Shown: positions 29,301 to 52,395 of the stretch, one piece after another
Layout of the letters: each line of letters begins with the position of its first letter
Numbering within the stretch: position 1 is the first letter of the stretch
Assembly (NCBI GenBank): GCA_039621445.1
Contig: CP154954.1
Coordinates: 40,975,572 to 41,039,571 of the forward strand
Reading direction: 5' to 3'
DNA: 64,000 bases
From: Euglena gracilis
Lineage: Eukaryota
The notes under the pieces: model-generated
Told to the model about the DNA's origin: nothing
What the model saw: only the letters and a program-made list of their open reading frames with translations
The model's database searches: none
Program-made: the position numbers and the translations under genes

Positions 29301-32300
29301 TTTGGGAAAATTGAAACGCAGCTTTTTTTAAAAAAAAGTGTTTAAGGGGTCAGTTGTTGGTTTTCACGTGATGGTGCGGCGTAGCTGGAGCGGGCAAATG
29401 CAGAGTGATGGAATGCGTCCTGGGGGGGGGGGGCGCAGCGCTCCTCCCGGGGCTCCTCCCGGAGCGGGGAGACAGATGGAGGCGGCGGGGGCAGCCCTGG
29501 GTGTCGGGGCCGCGGCCACTTTGTTTGCATCGCATGCAAACCCCCGCCACTGCCGGGCCCCTCGCCCCTTTCCCCGCCGTTAACCTTGGCCGGGCCGCCG
29601 TCCCGTCATAGGGGAACCCTCACCTCAGAAGTGAGGTTCCCCCTATGTGTACAGTTGGGTTGCTAGTTGGGGTAAAACCCCAAATATAAATCCCAAATTT
29701 GGATCCCAAACTAAAATGAATAAAAATAAAAGGCAAAATACAAACCTCCCTGATTTGGCGACCAAAAATAATCCCCTCTTGGAAGCGCCGATAGCTGGGT
29801 CGCGAACGTCGAGGGGTGGGATGTCACGGGAGGTTGGTCTGTGGGAGGTGGGTGCTGCGGCCGGCCGTGGCCCAACCACGGCGAATTTTGGCTTTCAAAA
29901 TTTTCTTTTGGTTGGGCCAAAAGAAAAAAGGAAACCCAACGTCGAGAGGCAGCAAAATTCCTGAAAATGTATGATTTTGTTATAGTTTTTAGCAATTCAT
30001 TGGATTTTACATTTTTGATGCTTTCGGCCGCAGAGAACTCCTGGGGGGTTTCGGTGCCAAGCGCCGGAAAACTTTTTTGGAATTGCCTTGGAATTCCGAT
30101 TGGGGGGGGGTCCCGCACAGAGCCGTGGATGGGTGGGAGGACCCCCTCCTCCCTGCAGGGGCCTTAAAAGAAGCCTAAAAACCGGGGGGCTATTTGAGGG
30201 GAGGCGAGGGTGGCCACTCCACCCTGCAAGGGGGGGGTTGCCCGCCTGGCTGGAAACCCCTTCTTTGACTGAAGAAATCCCCTGGGGGGGCAGAGCCCGC
30301 GAAGCCCGTCACGCAGTCAAACGCTCTGCTCCCCCGAGGATGCGGCCTGCCCCGGCACTGCCTCCCCCGCATCGCCCTTTGTAGAGTACGCACAGAGCGC
30401 CCGACCACTTGTCACGCGCTCCAACACTTTGCCTTCCCACTGGGTTTTTTTGGCCCCACTGCCGCCGCCGCGCGATGGCATCCGGCCGGGGGCCAGGGCC
30501 TGTGACGGGACGACACCGTGGATGTGCAATTTCCCCGGATTGTGGTGCACAGCAGGGGTTGGTTTTAAGCCAGAGGGAACCCTACCCACCAGGGGGTCCA
30601 GCCATCCAGCACTTTTTCCCCGCCCCGCACCTCCCAGATGGGCTGCGGACCCCCCTGGGGGGGGGTCCGCTGAATTAAAATTTGGTCCATACCGGCGAAG
30701 CTGGGCTGGCCGAAAATTTTTGAAAAGACGGGTGAAAAATGCCCAAAATAAGGCGTTTTTGGGGTGGTTTTTGGTTTTTCACCTCTAAATTTGGTTGAAA
30801 AAAACGGCAACTCAGTTGGATTTGGTCTTTTCTTTCTTTTTTTGTACCTGCCGGGTCCAGCTCCTAGCCGGTCGGACCCCCCCAACCCCCCACCCCTTGG
30901 GGGGGGGGGGGGGCAGCAAGCACCTTTTTTTCCAGCCAGCACCTCTTTTCAGCTGTCCCCCAGGACCCTGGAACGTCAGTAACTGGAGGGGCTGATGTGG
31001 TCAGACACACACAAATGCGGAAATCCTTTCCTCCATTTGTTCCCGCCCTAATCACTTTCTCTGGCAAAATGAAAATGCCTTCAAGGCCGGGCTGAACAGC
31101 TGGCTGTGCTGGCAGGTGAGTGAATCCATAGAAACAGTCCAATTGCTCCCTGAAAGGAGTGCCCCGAGGAAGTGGAATGGCTTGCATCATACGGGTGGGT
31201 GTCAGGATAATCTGTGGGTTTGCTGGTGCCGGGAACGATAGTTTCCAGGGCAGGACCCTGACAGGCTTTAGGAAACGACAAGCCAAGCCAAGGCCAAGGC
31301 CAGCCAAGGCCACCGCCATACCCCCCCCCCCCCTGGTCCCCGTCCTGCTTACATGCAAACTTGGCCCCCCTAAAGCTGGCCTTTGGCTTTCTGCATATGG
31401 CGACCAAAATTGTTAACGTGCAAATTCGGCCCCCAAAGATTGGCCCCCAAGCGTCCCGAGGGGGGGGGGAGGGTGCCAAAGGCACTCTCGTTTCCCGGAA
31501 TGGAAACGGCGTGATCCCGTCTTTTCCCGACCTGCCGACGATGAAGTGGACCTGCCCTCGTCACCCACGCTCGCTGTGATGGGGGACGCCGACCCCCTGT
31601 TGTGTCGATTCAGGTCACCCCCTCCCCCGGCCCCCGCAGACGGCTTTCTTCCGTTCCCTTCCCCCCTCTCCCTCCGCCCAGCACCGATGTTTTTCCCATA
31701 TACCAACCTGGCTCCCTACCCAGGCTGCGCCAACCCCCCCCCTCCCCTCCCTCCTCCCCCAGGGAATTTGTTTCACTGGAGATCCCAGGCAACGTTTTCC
31801 TGTTTCCCCAGCCAGCTGCTCTCGCTGGGCTGCAACCCCCCAGGTCAACAGAAACCTTCGCTTAATGGAAGTACAGGTGCGCTTATAGCGGACCACGGCC
31901 TCCGGCGGCAGGGGGTGCTTTTCTATTTGGGCCCCACCTGCGTGATTTTTGTTGATTTTCTTTGGAAACCCCAGCAAAATGAGGTTGCACTTGTGGTGGC
32001 CTGCCACCTTCGGTGGCGGGGGTCCGCTTTTGTTTGGACCGTGGCGGACCTGTGCTTCTATTAGGGGGTATTAGGGGGGTATGGGCACGAGACACCAGGA
32101 AAATAAACAAAAGAATGGCTGTTTCTCGTAATCTTGGCTGAAAAGTCCTTACCCAGCTTTGATTTGGGCTTTTTTACCAGTCGTCGGGTTGCCAGTTTTC
32201 AGGAACCAGCTGGGTTCAGCATACAATCACCAGTCACTGTCCCCCCCCCCCCGGAAGGGTGATTGGTTTTTTTCAGAGTGACTGGCTGAGGGACAGGCAT

Positions 32301-33347
32301 GGACCCTGCTTCCTGGGGGGGGGGTCGGTTAAAAAAAAATGCCTCAAGTGACCCGGCGCCGAAGGCTCTGGAAATTCTTTCGCCTTTTTCATGTTTGTGG
32401 TCAAATTTCCTTTGGATTACGGAGTGGCTGACCCCCTCCCCCCAGGGGGGGGAGTGACTGACTGGTTTTCTGGAAAACAGTGACTGACTGGTTTTTGAAA
32501 GAGTGGGAGTGACCCCCCCCCCACCAGGGGTCGGTAACAATGTTTGTATGCCCCCAAGGGGCATCGGTCCAGCCAGCACCTTGCTTCAAATTCCCTGACA
32601 CCCCCGACCCTCCTCATCCCTAACCCGCAGAATTGCACTGCCCAGGCCCACCCCCTCGAGTTGGCTCTGACCTGGCAACAGCTATTGCGGCAAACGGGCT
32701 GCAAGGTTGGAAGGGGGGAGCGCACTTCTTGGGGCATGGCCATGCTGGGAGTTCTGCGCACAGCAAAGCGGGGGCGAGGTTTTCTCTCTTGACTGAAGGG
32801 GGGGGGGCTCCAAGTTTTTCGATGGGCATGAATCATGCTCCTTGGCATTAGCCGGCCAGGCCACCCTGCCTGGCCTGGAAAGCCTGGCCTGGCTGGAAAG
32901 GCGCACACGGCACCTTTCAACTCACCTCTCTCCCCTTCCTGGCAGTTTGCCAACCCCCACCCTTTTCCCCGCTGCTGTTTTGTTTTTGAAAAAGGCCAAA
33001 TGCGTCCGGGATGGGGGGATCACGCTTATTGCTTTTGTTGCATGGAAACGCAAGTAGGTGTCCAAGCCAGAATTTCTGGGCAAGGGAAAAAGCATCGTCA
33101 GCAGTGCGGGGCCGTTTGGGACCGGTCTGCAATGGGGCAGCGGAAGCAACCCCCCCATCCCATTGTCCACCACGGCCGGCTGCGTTTGACTGCCCGGCAC
33201 CTTTCCGATAACCCGCGCCGCCGGGCTGGACGCTGGGCGGGAGTGGCCCTGGCAGCCACTCAGCATCCCAGTGCCCTGGCCTCTCAGCGCCCCGAGGAGG
33301 ACAGCGCCGCTGCCACCGCCAGCCGTTCATCCCAGGCATCGCTGTGA
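26365..33347 (+). CDS. Possible fragmented gene for a Pro/Ser/Ala-rich protein of unknown function
   Basis: Exon-like GC-rich blocks at ~26365-26585 (APADDVASHAFTFEDGPPLP), 27680-27800, 28350-28410, 31530-31600 (ADDEVDLPSSPTLAVMGDADP) and 33245-33347 (SALASQRPEEDSAAATASRSSQASL*). No domain recognised and junctions not verified. Confidence 0.35.
28559..28916. mobile_element. hAT-like MITE, copy 1
   Basis: Ends cagacaattgctta / taagcaattgtatg; 8-bp TSD GCCCCAAC; near-identical copy at 33370-33720. Confidence 0.92.
32220..32550. mobile_element. Diverged relative of the 28559/33370 MITE
   Basis: catacaa...ttgtatg ends and the same gtgactgactggttttt internal motifs; no clean TSD. Confidence 0.65.
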
Positions 33348-33369
33348 CAGGCGTGGACCGCGCCCGGTC

Positions 33370-33720
33370 CAGGCAATTGCTTAAGCACTGACCAACCCCC
33401 CCCCCCCCCCCGGGGGGGTGGGTGACTGGTTTTTTCAGAGTGACTGACTGGTTTTTGGCCCGGACCCCTCCCCCCCCCCCCCGGGGGGGTCGGCCAGGAG
33501 TGGGCAAAAGTGGCTTGAGTGACCCCGGCGCCGAAGGCGCCGGAAAAATTTTTTGGGCCTAAAATGGCCTAAAGTGACTGGAAAGTGGCCGTTTTTCTGA
33601 GTGGCCGACCCCCCCCCCCCCGGGGGGTAGTGACTGGCTGGTTTTTTGAAAATGAGTGACTGACTGGTTTTTAAAAAAGTGGAGTGACCCCCCCCCCGGG
33701 GGTCGGTAAGCAATTGTATG
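33370..33720. mobile_element. hAT-like MITE, copy 2
   Basis: Ends caggcaattgctta / taagcaattgtatg; 8-bp TSD GCCCGGTC at 33362-33369 and 33721-33728. Confidence 0.92.
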
Positions 33721-35009
33721 GCCCGGTCAGTGCTGCCGGGGCCGGAAAATTATCCCCAGACAACGTTGCACTGCTCCAAAGCTTTGTAAACCCGAATACC
33801 TTTGCAGGGGGTGGTGGGACGTTAAGTGTGTCCTTTACCTGCGTTGTTTTATGGGGGTTTGCGCCACCTTGGGTAGGTGGCGCCCTCCAGGGTCTAGTTG
33901 AACATCTGACCACGATGAAAAAGGGTTGTTTTTTTGATTGCTGATCGAAGGACGACGCCATCCATCACCCCAAAACCTGGGACACGGCAGGGCGCGGGCT
34001 GAAAGTTTCTTGTTTGTCCATGCCCTCCTCCTCCTCCCCTTCCCTTTTTCCTTTCCTCTGCGCTCCGGTGTCCCCCCAGCCTCACCCAGCCCTCCCTCAC
34101 AATACACCGAGGCCACCATCGAGTTGGTGCCTGGCCGCCACGCGCGACATTGCCGCCACATCACAACCCACCCTGTAACCCTGCACATTATTTCTCTCTT
34201 TACCACATGCACTCTGGTGAGTGCCGTCTCTCTTTTGAATTGGTGTTGCTGGGGGAACTCCTTTGGGGGGGAACTCCTTACTGACGCGAGAGTGTGTGCT
34301 TGTGGGGGAAGTGTGTTGTCAGTCGGTGTGATGCGTGATTGGAAGTTTGCATTCCGATTTTTTTTTGCGCAAGCATGAAATGCACGATGTCTCATGGTTG
34401 CCCCCAGAAAATAATAAAAGTTACAGGAATAAATTTGCAACAAGTTTCAATTCAATTTCAACCCCTTTTGGGAGTTGAGGTTTTTTCAGTCCAAGCGCCA
34501 AATCTTCATTTACCACAGGGACAAGGTGGGTGGTGCCGATCCTCAAAAACTCCGGTTTGGGTTTCAGAAGCTTTCTTCTCTCAGCTAGCCCTGTGCAAAG
34601 GCCCTGTCCACTGTGACCACACCGAATCTCCCTCCGAAGCTTTACCACGTCCACACTCAAGGCGGTGGTAGTTTGCAAGCACCCGACAAGTTTTGACAGA
34701 TGGTTCATCCCCTGGTCCACGCCGTCATATTCTGCTGGGTTTCTCGCCATGTCCCTCGCCGCTCAGTCAAACTGCCCGCTTCCACCTCACCTAAACAGCA
34801 CCCCCAACACCACCTAACACCGCAAACCACGCAACCGGCCACACAGACTCCAGGGACACGAAACCCTGCTCAGAACCCGACGCTCACAGCACAGACAGCC
34901 ACCCTTCAAACGGGTGTACGGGTTTTGGGTCGGGGGTGTCCCCCCAGCCACCCTTCCTGGGCCGGAGGGGGGGGGTCCTACCCCCCCACTGCCATCGTAT
35001 ATCGAACCC

Positions 35010-35047
35010 TGCTTCCCCCTCCCACCGCCTCCCGTCACTCCCCACAG
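35010..35047 (+). promoter_or_regulatory. Candidate SL trans-splice acceptor upstream of the thaumatin-like ATG
   Basis: C-rich pyrimidine tract ending in CACAG, 36 nt before the ATG at 35084. Confidence 0.45.
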
Positions 35048-35083
35048 ACCCGGCCCGCCCCCCCACCCCGAGCCCCCCACACC

Positions 35084-45165
<10,082 letters not shown>

Positions 45166-45341
45166 GCTGCCCCGGTGTCCTTCTTGAACCCGAAGGCAGA
45201 ATGGCTTCTTCAGCACCACTAATAAAAAATGAGGGTGTGTTTTCAAGAATGGACTAGTCAAGGGTGCTTTTCTGGGGTGCATGCTTCAACGTCGATTGTT
45301 TTGTTCACACATTGCAATCGCAAGTCCACACCAGGGTGGAT

Positions 45342-45805
45342 GTAAACCCCCCCCCAAAATAAGACCCCCCCAAAAAATAAGACCCCCCCCCAAAATAAGA
45401 CCCCCCCTGGGCCGATCGAACAAAAATCCAAAAATAAGACCCCCCCCATAAATAAGACCCCCCTTGACGGCGCGAAGCGCCGGGGACGGTGAAATTTTCC
45501 CCCCTGAAAAATGACCAAAAAACCCAATTTCATGCACAAAAATGATGAAATTTCAAAAATTTTCGGAATTTTGAAGTGGAAAAAACAGGGTAAATGTCAA
45601 ATTACACCAATTTACACATGGCGCGAAGCGCCGAAGGAAAAATTTTAGTCCTCTTGGGAACCTGAAAAATGGTGTTTTTTTCGGACCCGGGTCGGTCAAG
45701 AAAAAATCCAAAAATAAGACCCCCCCCAAAAATAAGACCCCCCCTGGAGGCTTCCAGCAACGGACCCAAAAATAAGACCCGGGTCTTATTTTTGGGGGGG
45801 GTTTA
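45342..45805. mobile_element. MITE-like element (AAAATAAGACCCC family), copy 2
   Basis: taaacccc...ggggttta ends; collinear with 7885-8326. Confidence 0.82.
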
Positions 45806-48800
45806 CTGGTGGCATTCATGTCTGGCCATGGCCAGCTTCGACCACCGCGACGCCGCCTGTAGTGACGCCGTGGCCAGCCGCGGTCGCCACAATATCTGCC
45901 GCGGCTGGCCGCGGCGCCACCTCTCACCTTTGCCTTCTCCTATGGTTCGCACCCGTATGCACATATTTAGAGACATACTGTACATATGAACACATGAATA
46001 CATACACATACATTGCTGAATGGTGAATTCTGCTTGGGCTGAGAGACGGTCATTTAAAGCCATTTTGTCGCATTGCTCAGAGGGGCTGGCAGTGATGCCT
46101 GATTTTCTTATTGCATTTCAGCAATTGCATCCACTCCTCGGCTGACGTCCCTCTGACCCACCCTTCCGTGCCCGAGCTGTCCTCCAGTGCAACCACCCAG
46201 CCCAGACTGCATCGGTCGAATTCGGTCAGTGGCGCCAGCCGTCACTTGGGTCGAAAAGGGGCTTATCGCAACCGGCTTGTGGGTTCAGATGAGAATCTGT
46301 AGCCTCCCAAATTTTGGTGTTGCACCAGTCTGCCAGAATGCTTCTTTTGGACCATTTTTGCCCAATTATTTTTGCGCTACCCATTTGCCTTGACATCCCT
46401 CCCCCCGAATTTCATCGACCCGTTGTTTCATTTTGAGGTTCAGCTGCTAAAGGGGTTGACGAAGTCTTCGTTTCAATGAATGTGCCGAGACCTGCTTGTT
46501 TTGAACAAACATTCAATAATAATAAAGAGGATGCACCTTTACTCCCTTTAATAATTTTTGTCTCGCAGGCCTCAGTGTATTACAAGTAATCAAATTTGGT
46601 TAAAACTACTGGATCCCAATTATACCAACTCACATCTGGTCTTGTTAATTTTCAACCCAGTTCTTAGAAGACATTTATTACATAGAATCATTGAAATGTT
46701 GATGTCGTGAACAGTTCTACACGCAGTCACAACCAAGCAGCAATATATAAATGGTTAGCTGCTGGTTTCCGCCTTTTTTTGATTGGGTTGTGGGTGCCTT
46801 TCAGCCAGTAGCCATTTATTTGTTGTAAAACAGTGTTTGAGGTGGGACGATTGGGTTTTGCGATGCTGAGAGATATTTGATGTTTTGTTCACCCAAGTCA
46901 TACCACCCGCAACAGGTCTGTGTTGCTGGTCTTTCGCACACGCTGATGGGAGGCAGCTCTGTCTGCATTGCTGGCATTTCCGCCCCCCCCCCCCCACACT
47001 GACCCAATCAATGCCTTTCCAGCTGGATGCGCAGAGCCCTGCAAGCTTTAGGACTATAGATTCAGTTGGTGACCCAGGGGAGGGAGGGGGCACTTTTTTC
47101 CTGGGCCCAAACCCACCCGCCCACTTTTTTTTATTTTCAAAAACCCACCCACCCACAACCCTGGTGTCCCACTCACCCACCCAAAATTACGCAAAATTTG
47201 TCAACAGCCTTTGATATTTTCCCGGCCAACTGGGCCTCTGGAGGTGATGGGCTGACCGATGGCACCCACCCCGGGGGAGGGGGGTCCAACAACCCAAACC
47301 CACACCCCCCTTTCAAAAACCCACCCACCCACCCCCAGGGGTCGCGCAAGGTTAAGTGTATGTTTAGGACCCAAAAAATTAGTTAGAGCGAAGCTTACCG
47401 GGGGGAGAAACCCTGTTTTTTTTGGCCCCCTCACCCCCCATGTTGGGATAGGCTTGGGAGAACCAAGGTTTTCAGTGTGAACCGACTCCATCCCAAGCAG
47501 GTTGTTGTTCAAGGGTTTGCAGTACCCCCCCCCCCCAGGGTGGGCTCAACAAGTCCAAATTTGGTCAGTGGAAATCCTCGTGAACCCCCGGGGGGCCGCT
47601 AGAAGGTTGCATAGAAATTTTGGACCCAAAAAACCAGAAATACCCGCTTTTGGCCATTTTTCGGGTTTTTTTTTGGAATAAAAGACGCGCAGCACCGGAG
47701 GAAATTTTTTCTCATTCGGGGGGGCCCTGGACCCCCCCCCGGGTCTGTCTTCTTTTTTTTTTCCAGTGTCCAGCAAAATGGCTAGCCAGTGGTCCTTCAA
47801 TGGCTAGCCTGGGGTCTTTTAGCAATAGCCTGATCCGAAGGAAGCTGTCTTGGGCACAAATGTCCCCCATGGTCCCCCAAATCTGTTGATACCCTGTGCC
47901 AATCCTGATTTTGCGTCTTGCCCAAGTTGCGCCTGTTTCACTGGGCCCAAGTCCAAAAAGAGAGATTGTAAAACAGGGTTTAAAACAGGGTGTACCAGCA
48001 AGAAAGCATGTATTTTGACAATAACTCCCCAGGGCCGCCGAGGCGTCCAAAGGGCCCATTAAAATATTTCAAGCCTGTGTAACGCCCTATCCAACGGTAC
48101 CTGGCTTTCCTGGTAACTCCACGGCTGGCCAAAGTTACGCCCCAAAACTGTAGCTCTTTTTTTGACGCATTTTTCGGCGCATTTTTTTTGGCTTGTTTTG
48201 GGCCGAAAATGGGCCCCCAAAACATCAAAATTTTCAAAGTATCTTGAAAATGAAGCAAAAATGAAAGAAAATGCTTCAAAACATTAAATAAAGCCCTATC
48301 TAACTCCTTGCTGGCCTGAGAAACTGCCTTTTTTGGACCATTTCGGGCCGTTTTTTTTGGGCCCCAAAAAATTGCGAGATGCAAAATATCTCGAAAGAGA
48401 AGCAAAATAAAGCAAAGTCAAGTAAAAAAATTTAAATTGACCTAAGTTGATGTCTTTACAATGCCCAATCTATTGGTATTTTGAATTGCCTGGCACTAAC
48501 GGGAATGCCAAAAGAAAAGGCTTATGGCCACTTTCGGTCACTCCTGGCCCCACCCCTCACGGAGGGGGCTGTGGAGCCAAAAACCAGCCATTTAAGCGAT
48601 GGTGTGGTCCGCACCCCCCCCCACAAGATCAAAATTATCTTTCTGGTACTTCTTGCCTAAGATTTGGGCAACGTTGGCAAAGTTTTGCCCGGAACCAGCA
48701 TGGCATTTTAGGTCGATTATGAGGGTGAAAATTCTGGGCCTAATACTTTGCGCCGGGCCGAAAATGACCACTCTGGCCGCACCACCTCTCAGGCCGTGCG

Positions 48801-51800
48801 GTGCTCCCCACCCCCTGACTGGAGGGGGGGGCCTTATATCGACCCTGCCCACCAGACCACCTGGCTTTTCATCAAACCCTGTGCTTCCTCCAAACCCCAA
48901 AATCATGTGTATTAACCCCCCAAAGTTGTCACCCCTGTTGGGCTATCACCTTTTTGGTGGGAAATTGCCTTCCCCACAGGGTTCAGCAGATGGAGGGTTT
49001 CACGGTTGAAGGTGGGTGTGTCCCCACCCCCTTGACTGTGTGCCTCCTCCCGGGGACCAGTGCGGACCTCCTTCGAACTAACCTAACCTCTCAACCTCCT
49101 TCGAAGGTGGGGGAGAGGGAAATCCGGATTATGCCATTGACTGCCAACCCTGGGGGGGGGGGGCACTTTCTACTTCAAACAGCAGTCAGTCACTTTTCAA
49201 AACCCAGTCACCCATTTCCTACCTCTTCCGGGGGGGGGGGTCAATTCTGTCCATTCAGGTCGGCTCAAAATCAATGGATTTTGGCCAAAACCCCCTCCAA
49301 AAATTCTGGCGCCTTCGGCAGAGTACACCGCTGGCCTTGCTTGGCCCACCAGGAAGGAGCCTTGCTTTTGGGGGGAGTCTTGCTGAGCCTTTTTCACCTC
49401 TTGAAGGCACGCGTCCTCCCCACAAGAATTGTGTACAGGGTTCGCAGCATTATTTCTTTCAGTGCATGAGCGGGTTCGCAACCTTCTTTCCAGGGTTTTC
49501 CGCCCAGCAGTGCCCAGCAGTGCCGGCACTGCTTGTCTGGCATCCCCCGATGGCACTGTGGGCTAGATGCCCATATCCCTTCAATGTCCACTGACAGCCC
49601 CCCATCAGACGTGATCTGGGGTTGGTGATCATTGGACACTGGAGACGAGGTTTGTGGCCCAACCCTGTGTGCTAGAACAGGTGCCAGGAAGGACCCATGA
49701 TGCCTGCACCACAAGAGGGCTCAGCGGAAAGCTCATGCATTTGGCTCTTGATGGGATTTGGCGGGGAATGCAATTCTAATGCGGGGTTTCCCAAAGGACT
49801 CCGTAGTATCCTCGGGTATTCTCGGGAGGTGCTCGTTGAGGCGAACGCATCCACTGGACGGGGAGGGTTCCCGACGCGCATCCCGCCGCCTCCACAGCAC
49901 CCAATTGTGGCAGCCCTTGGCAGCCGACAGGCGTACCGGGCTCCGCCACCCCCCTCCTGTCCCCCCCAAGCACCCCACCCACCCCCTACCGTACCGTACG
50001 GTGTCCAATCCACCGCACCCGCGGGGGTGATATGGCACCCCTTCTGCCACTCGACCGAGACGGCACGGAGATGAGTTCTTTTGTTTGCTTCCCCGCCTGT
50101 GTTGCGCATGTGCGAAGCCACCTACCCCCCCCCCCTGGGAAACTGGCTCTCCGAGGACCCCCCAGGGCTGGTCCGGACCCCTTTGGCAGCCTGGGACTGG
50201 CCCAATGAGCCTAAAATTCTTGCTTTTTTTTGCTGTTTACTTCTTTTCCTTGGAGGGGAAATTGCTGGTCAAAAGAAGAGCAGCACAGCAAGGTACCTAC
50301 CTACTCCCTTTGGGGAAATGTCTCCAGACAATCAGCGAGTACAGGAGTTGGAGACAGGTCCCTATAAGGACAGGTCAGCGGGCACAGGAGGGTAGAGGAC
50401 AATTCCTGTGCGGCTCCTGCTCAGAGGGAAAAAGTTGATATTTTCGACCCCCGATGACGGAAAATTCCGTTTCTTTATTTTTGTAACAAGAAGCTTTTTG
50501 GAATTTTTTCACCCAGGCGATTGTTTTATTTTCAACACAAAATATGAAAATTTTCAAAAAAATTCATTAGGAGACAGGTGGGTGCAAGGGAGGGAGGAGC
50601 TTGCCTGTGAGGACAGCAGATACAGAGGGTGTTCCTGCCAGGAGGGGGGCAAACAAGTTTTTCCCCCTTTTGTTTTGCGTTTTTTTTTCCCCGCTGATTT
50701 TGGATTTTTGTTGGAGTTTTTTTGACGATGGAAAATTCCTCAGTTTGTCCCTGATATTTCCCCGAGACCAAATATTTTGGCAATTATTTTGTCATTTTTG
50801 CATTTCTTGGTCAACACATTGCATATTCTCATGCAATATGAAAAATTTCTCCCCAGTGTCCAGTGGAGCCAAAATTTTTTCTAAGTCCTTTCCAGCAGAA
50901 AGTTCACATCCTGGGGTAGCTCCTGAAGGATTTTACATGCGATTTGCGTTTTTTTTTGCGTTGCGTTCTTTGAGGGTCCATGTTATGCCAATTTTCAGCC
51001 AGAGCCAGAAAGTTCCCTTAACATGTCAGAACACTTATGCCGTCTCAGCCTCAAAATAAAGATGTGGTGTATTTTTTGAGCTGAGTTTTCAACTGCCCCT
51101 GTGTGCGTTTTGAGGCTTCTTTCAAGGAAGGTCGTCCCCTCCCTCCCTCCCCGCGGAGTGTCGGTCATGGTCCTGGGGTGGGGGGGAGCCCCTGCCGGCA
51201 GGTCAGATTTTGGAGTCGACAGTGCCATGGTGTGCTCTTTAACACCGAAGGCGCCGTTGGCCTTGGCCAGTTTCGGGGGTAAATTGGCAGGGTTGTCCAA
51301 ACTGGCATTGGAATATTTGTCTCTGCGGACAACCCGCATTTTTGTTAACTAAATTAATCTCAACCAGGTTTCGGTTTAATATCCCAGGGACTTTTTGCTA
51401 GTCTCACAACGTCCCAGAATATTTTCTGATTTTAATCATGGCTGGCCAAATGACAAAACATTTCAACAAGCTACCACTTTGTCGAGCCAAAAGTTGGTCA
51501 CCTTTGACCATGCGACTATTTAAGTGCCACCCCGCCCCCCAGCTGGACTGTGAGACCGGGGGATGGGCGTCCAAAGTGTCTCCCAATTCCCAATTGATAT
51601 CCTGCCCCAAAGAATTGCCCTCCCCCCAAACCCTGGGACCGATTTTTGCTGCCCAAATAATAACCCCTTCTCACCGCAGTGATCAAGGAAAAAATTCCAG
51701 AAAATCACTAAATACAGTGAATAAATGCATTCGTTGAAATGCATTTCAAAAAGAGCGTAAAATGTGCGAAAAAAAAGAGCCAAAATAATGCCTCCAAAAT

Positions 51801-52395
51801 GGTCCCAGAGCTTGGCAAAGCACTTTTGTGGTCAATTTATTGTTATAAAATGCTAAATAAAATGCTAAATGCTAAATAACCCGCCGGCCACTGACTTCAG
51901 GTGCCCAAATAAAAAAAAAGCAGGGGGTATTTCTTGGGGGGTTATTTAGCATCAAGGGCGGTAACCTGCACTGCACTGCACTGCGGGGTTTTGCTTCCTC
52001 ACACCAGCAAGACCTGTTTGCATATGCCGAGGCTCACCAATTGTACAGGTGGGATAACCTCCCCCCAAATGTAACCACCACGTTGCTTAAATTTGGGGTT
52101 TGCTTAAATTTGGGTTGCATGCATGCCGAGAGGTTGCTTAAAATGTCTCTCCTTGCTCAAACAAAGGGAGGATGAGTGCTTTTCTCATACATTGAACAAC
52201 ATGAACGTCCCAAAGGTGTTACAGACTCAGCCGGTTTTATTATTTTCCCCAAAAATCATATTTTTATTGTTTCCGCTTCTTTTTACCTTAAAATTTCGGG
52301 GTTGCTTAAATTTGGATTTTTCATTTGTTCCCGAGGAGTTGCTTAAATTTTGGAGTTGCTTAAATTTGGGGGGTTTATCCCGCCACCCGACAGAT

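Noticed and set aside
46000-51900. Protein-coding gene
   Set aside because: Only short ORFs and repeat fragments; no GC3-rich exon chain or recognisable domain.
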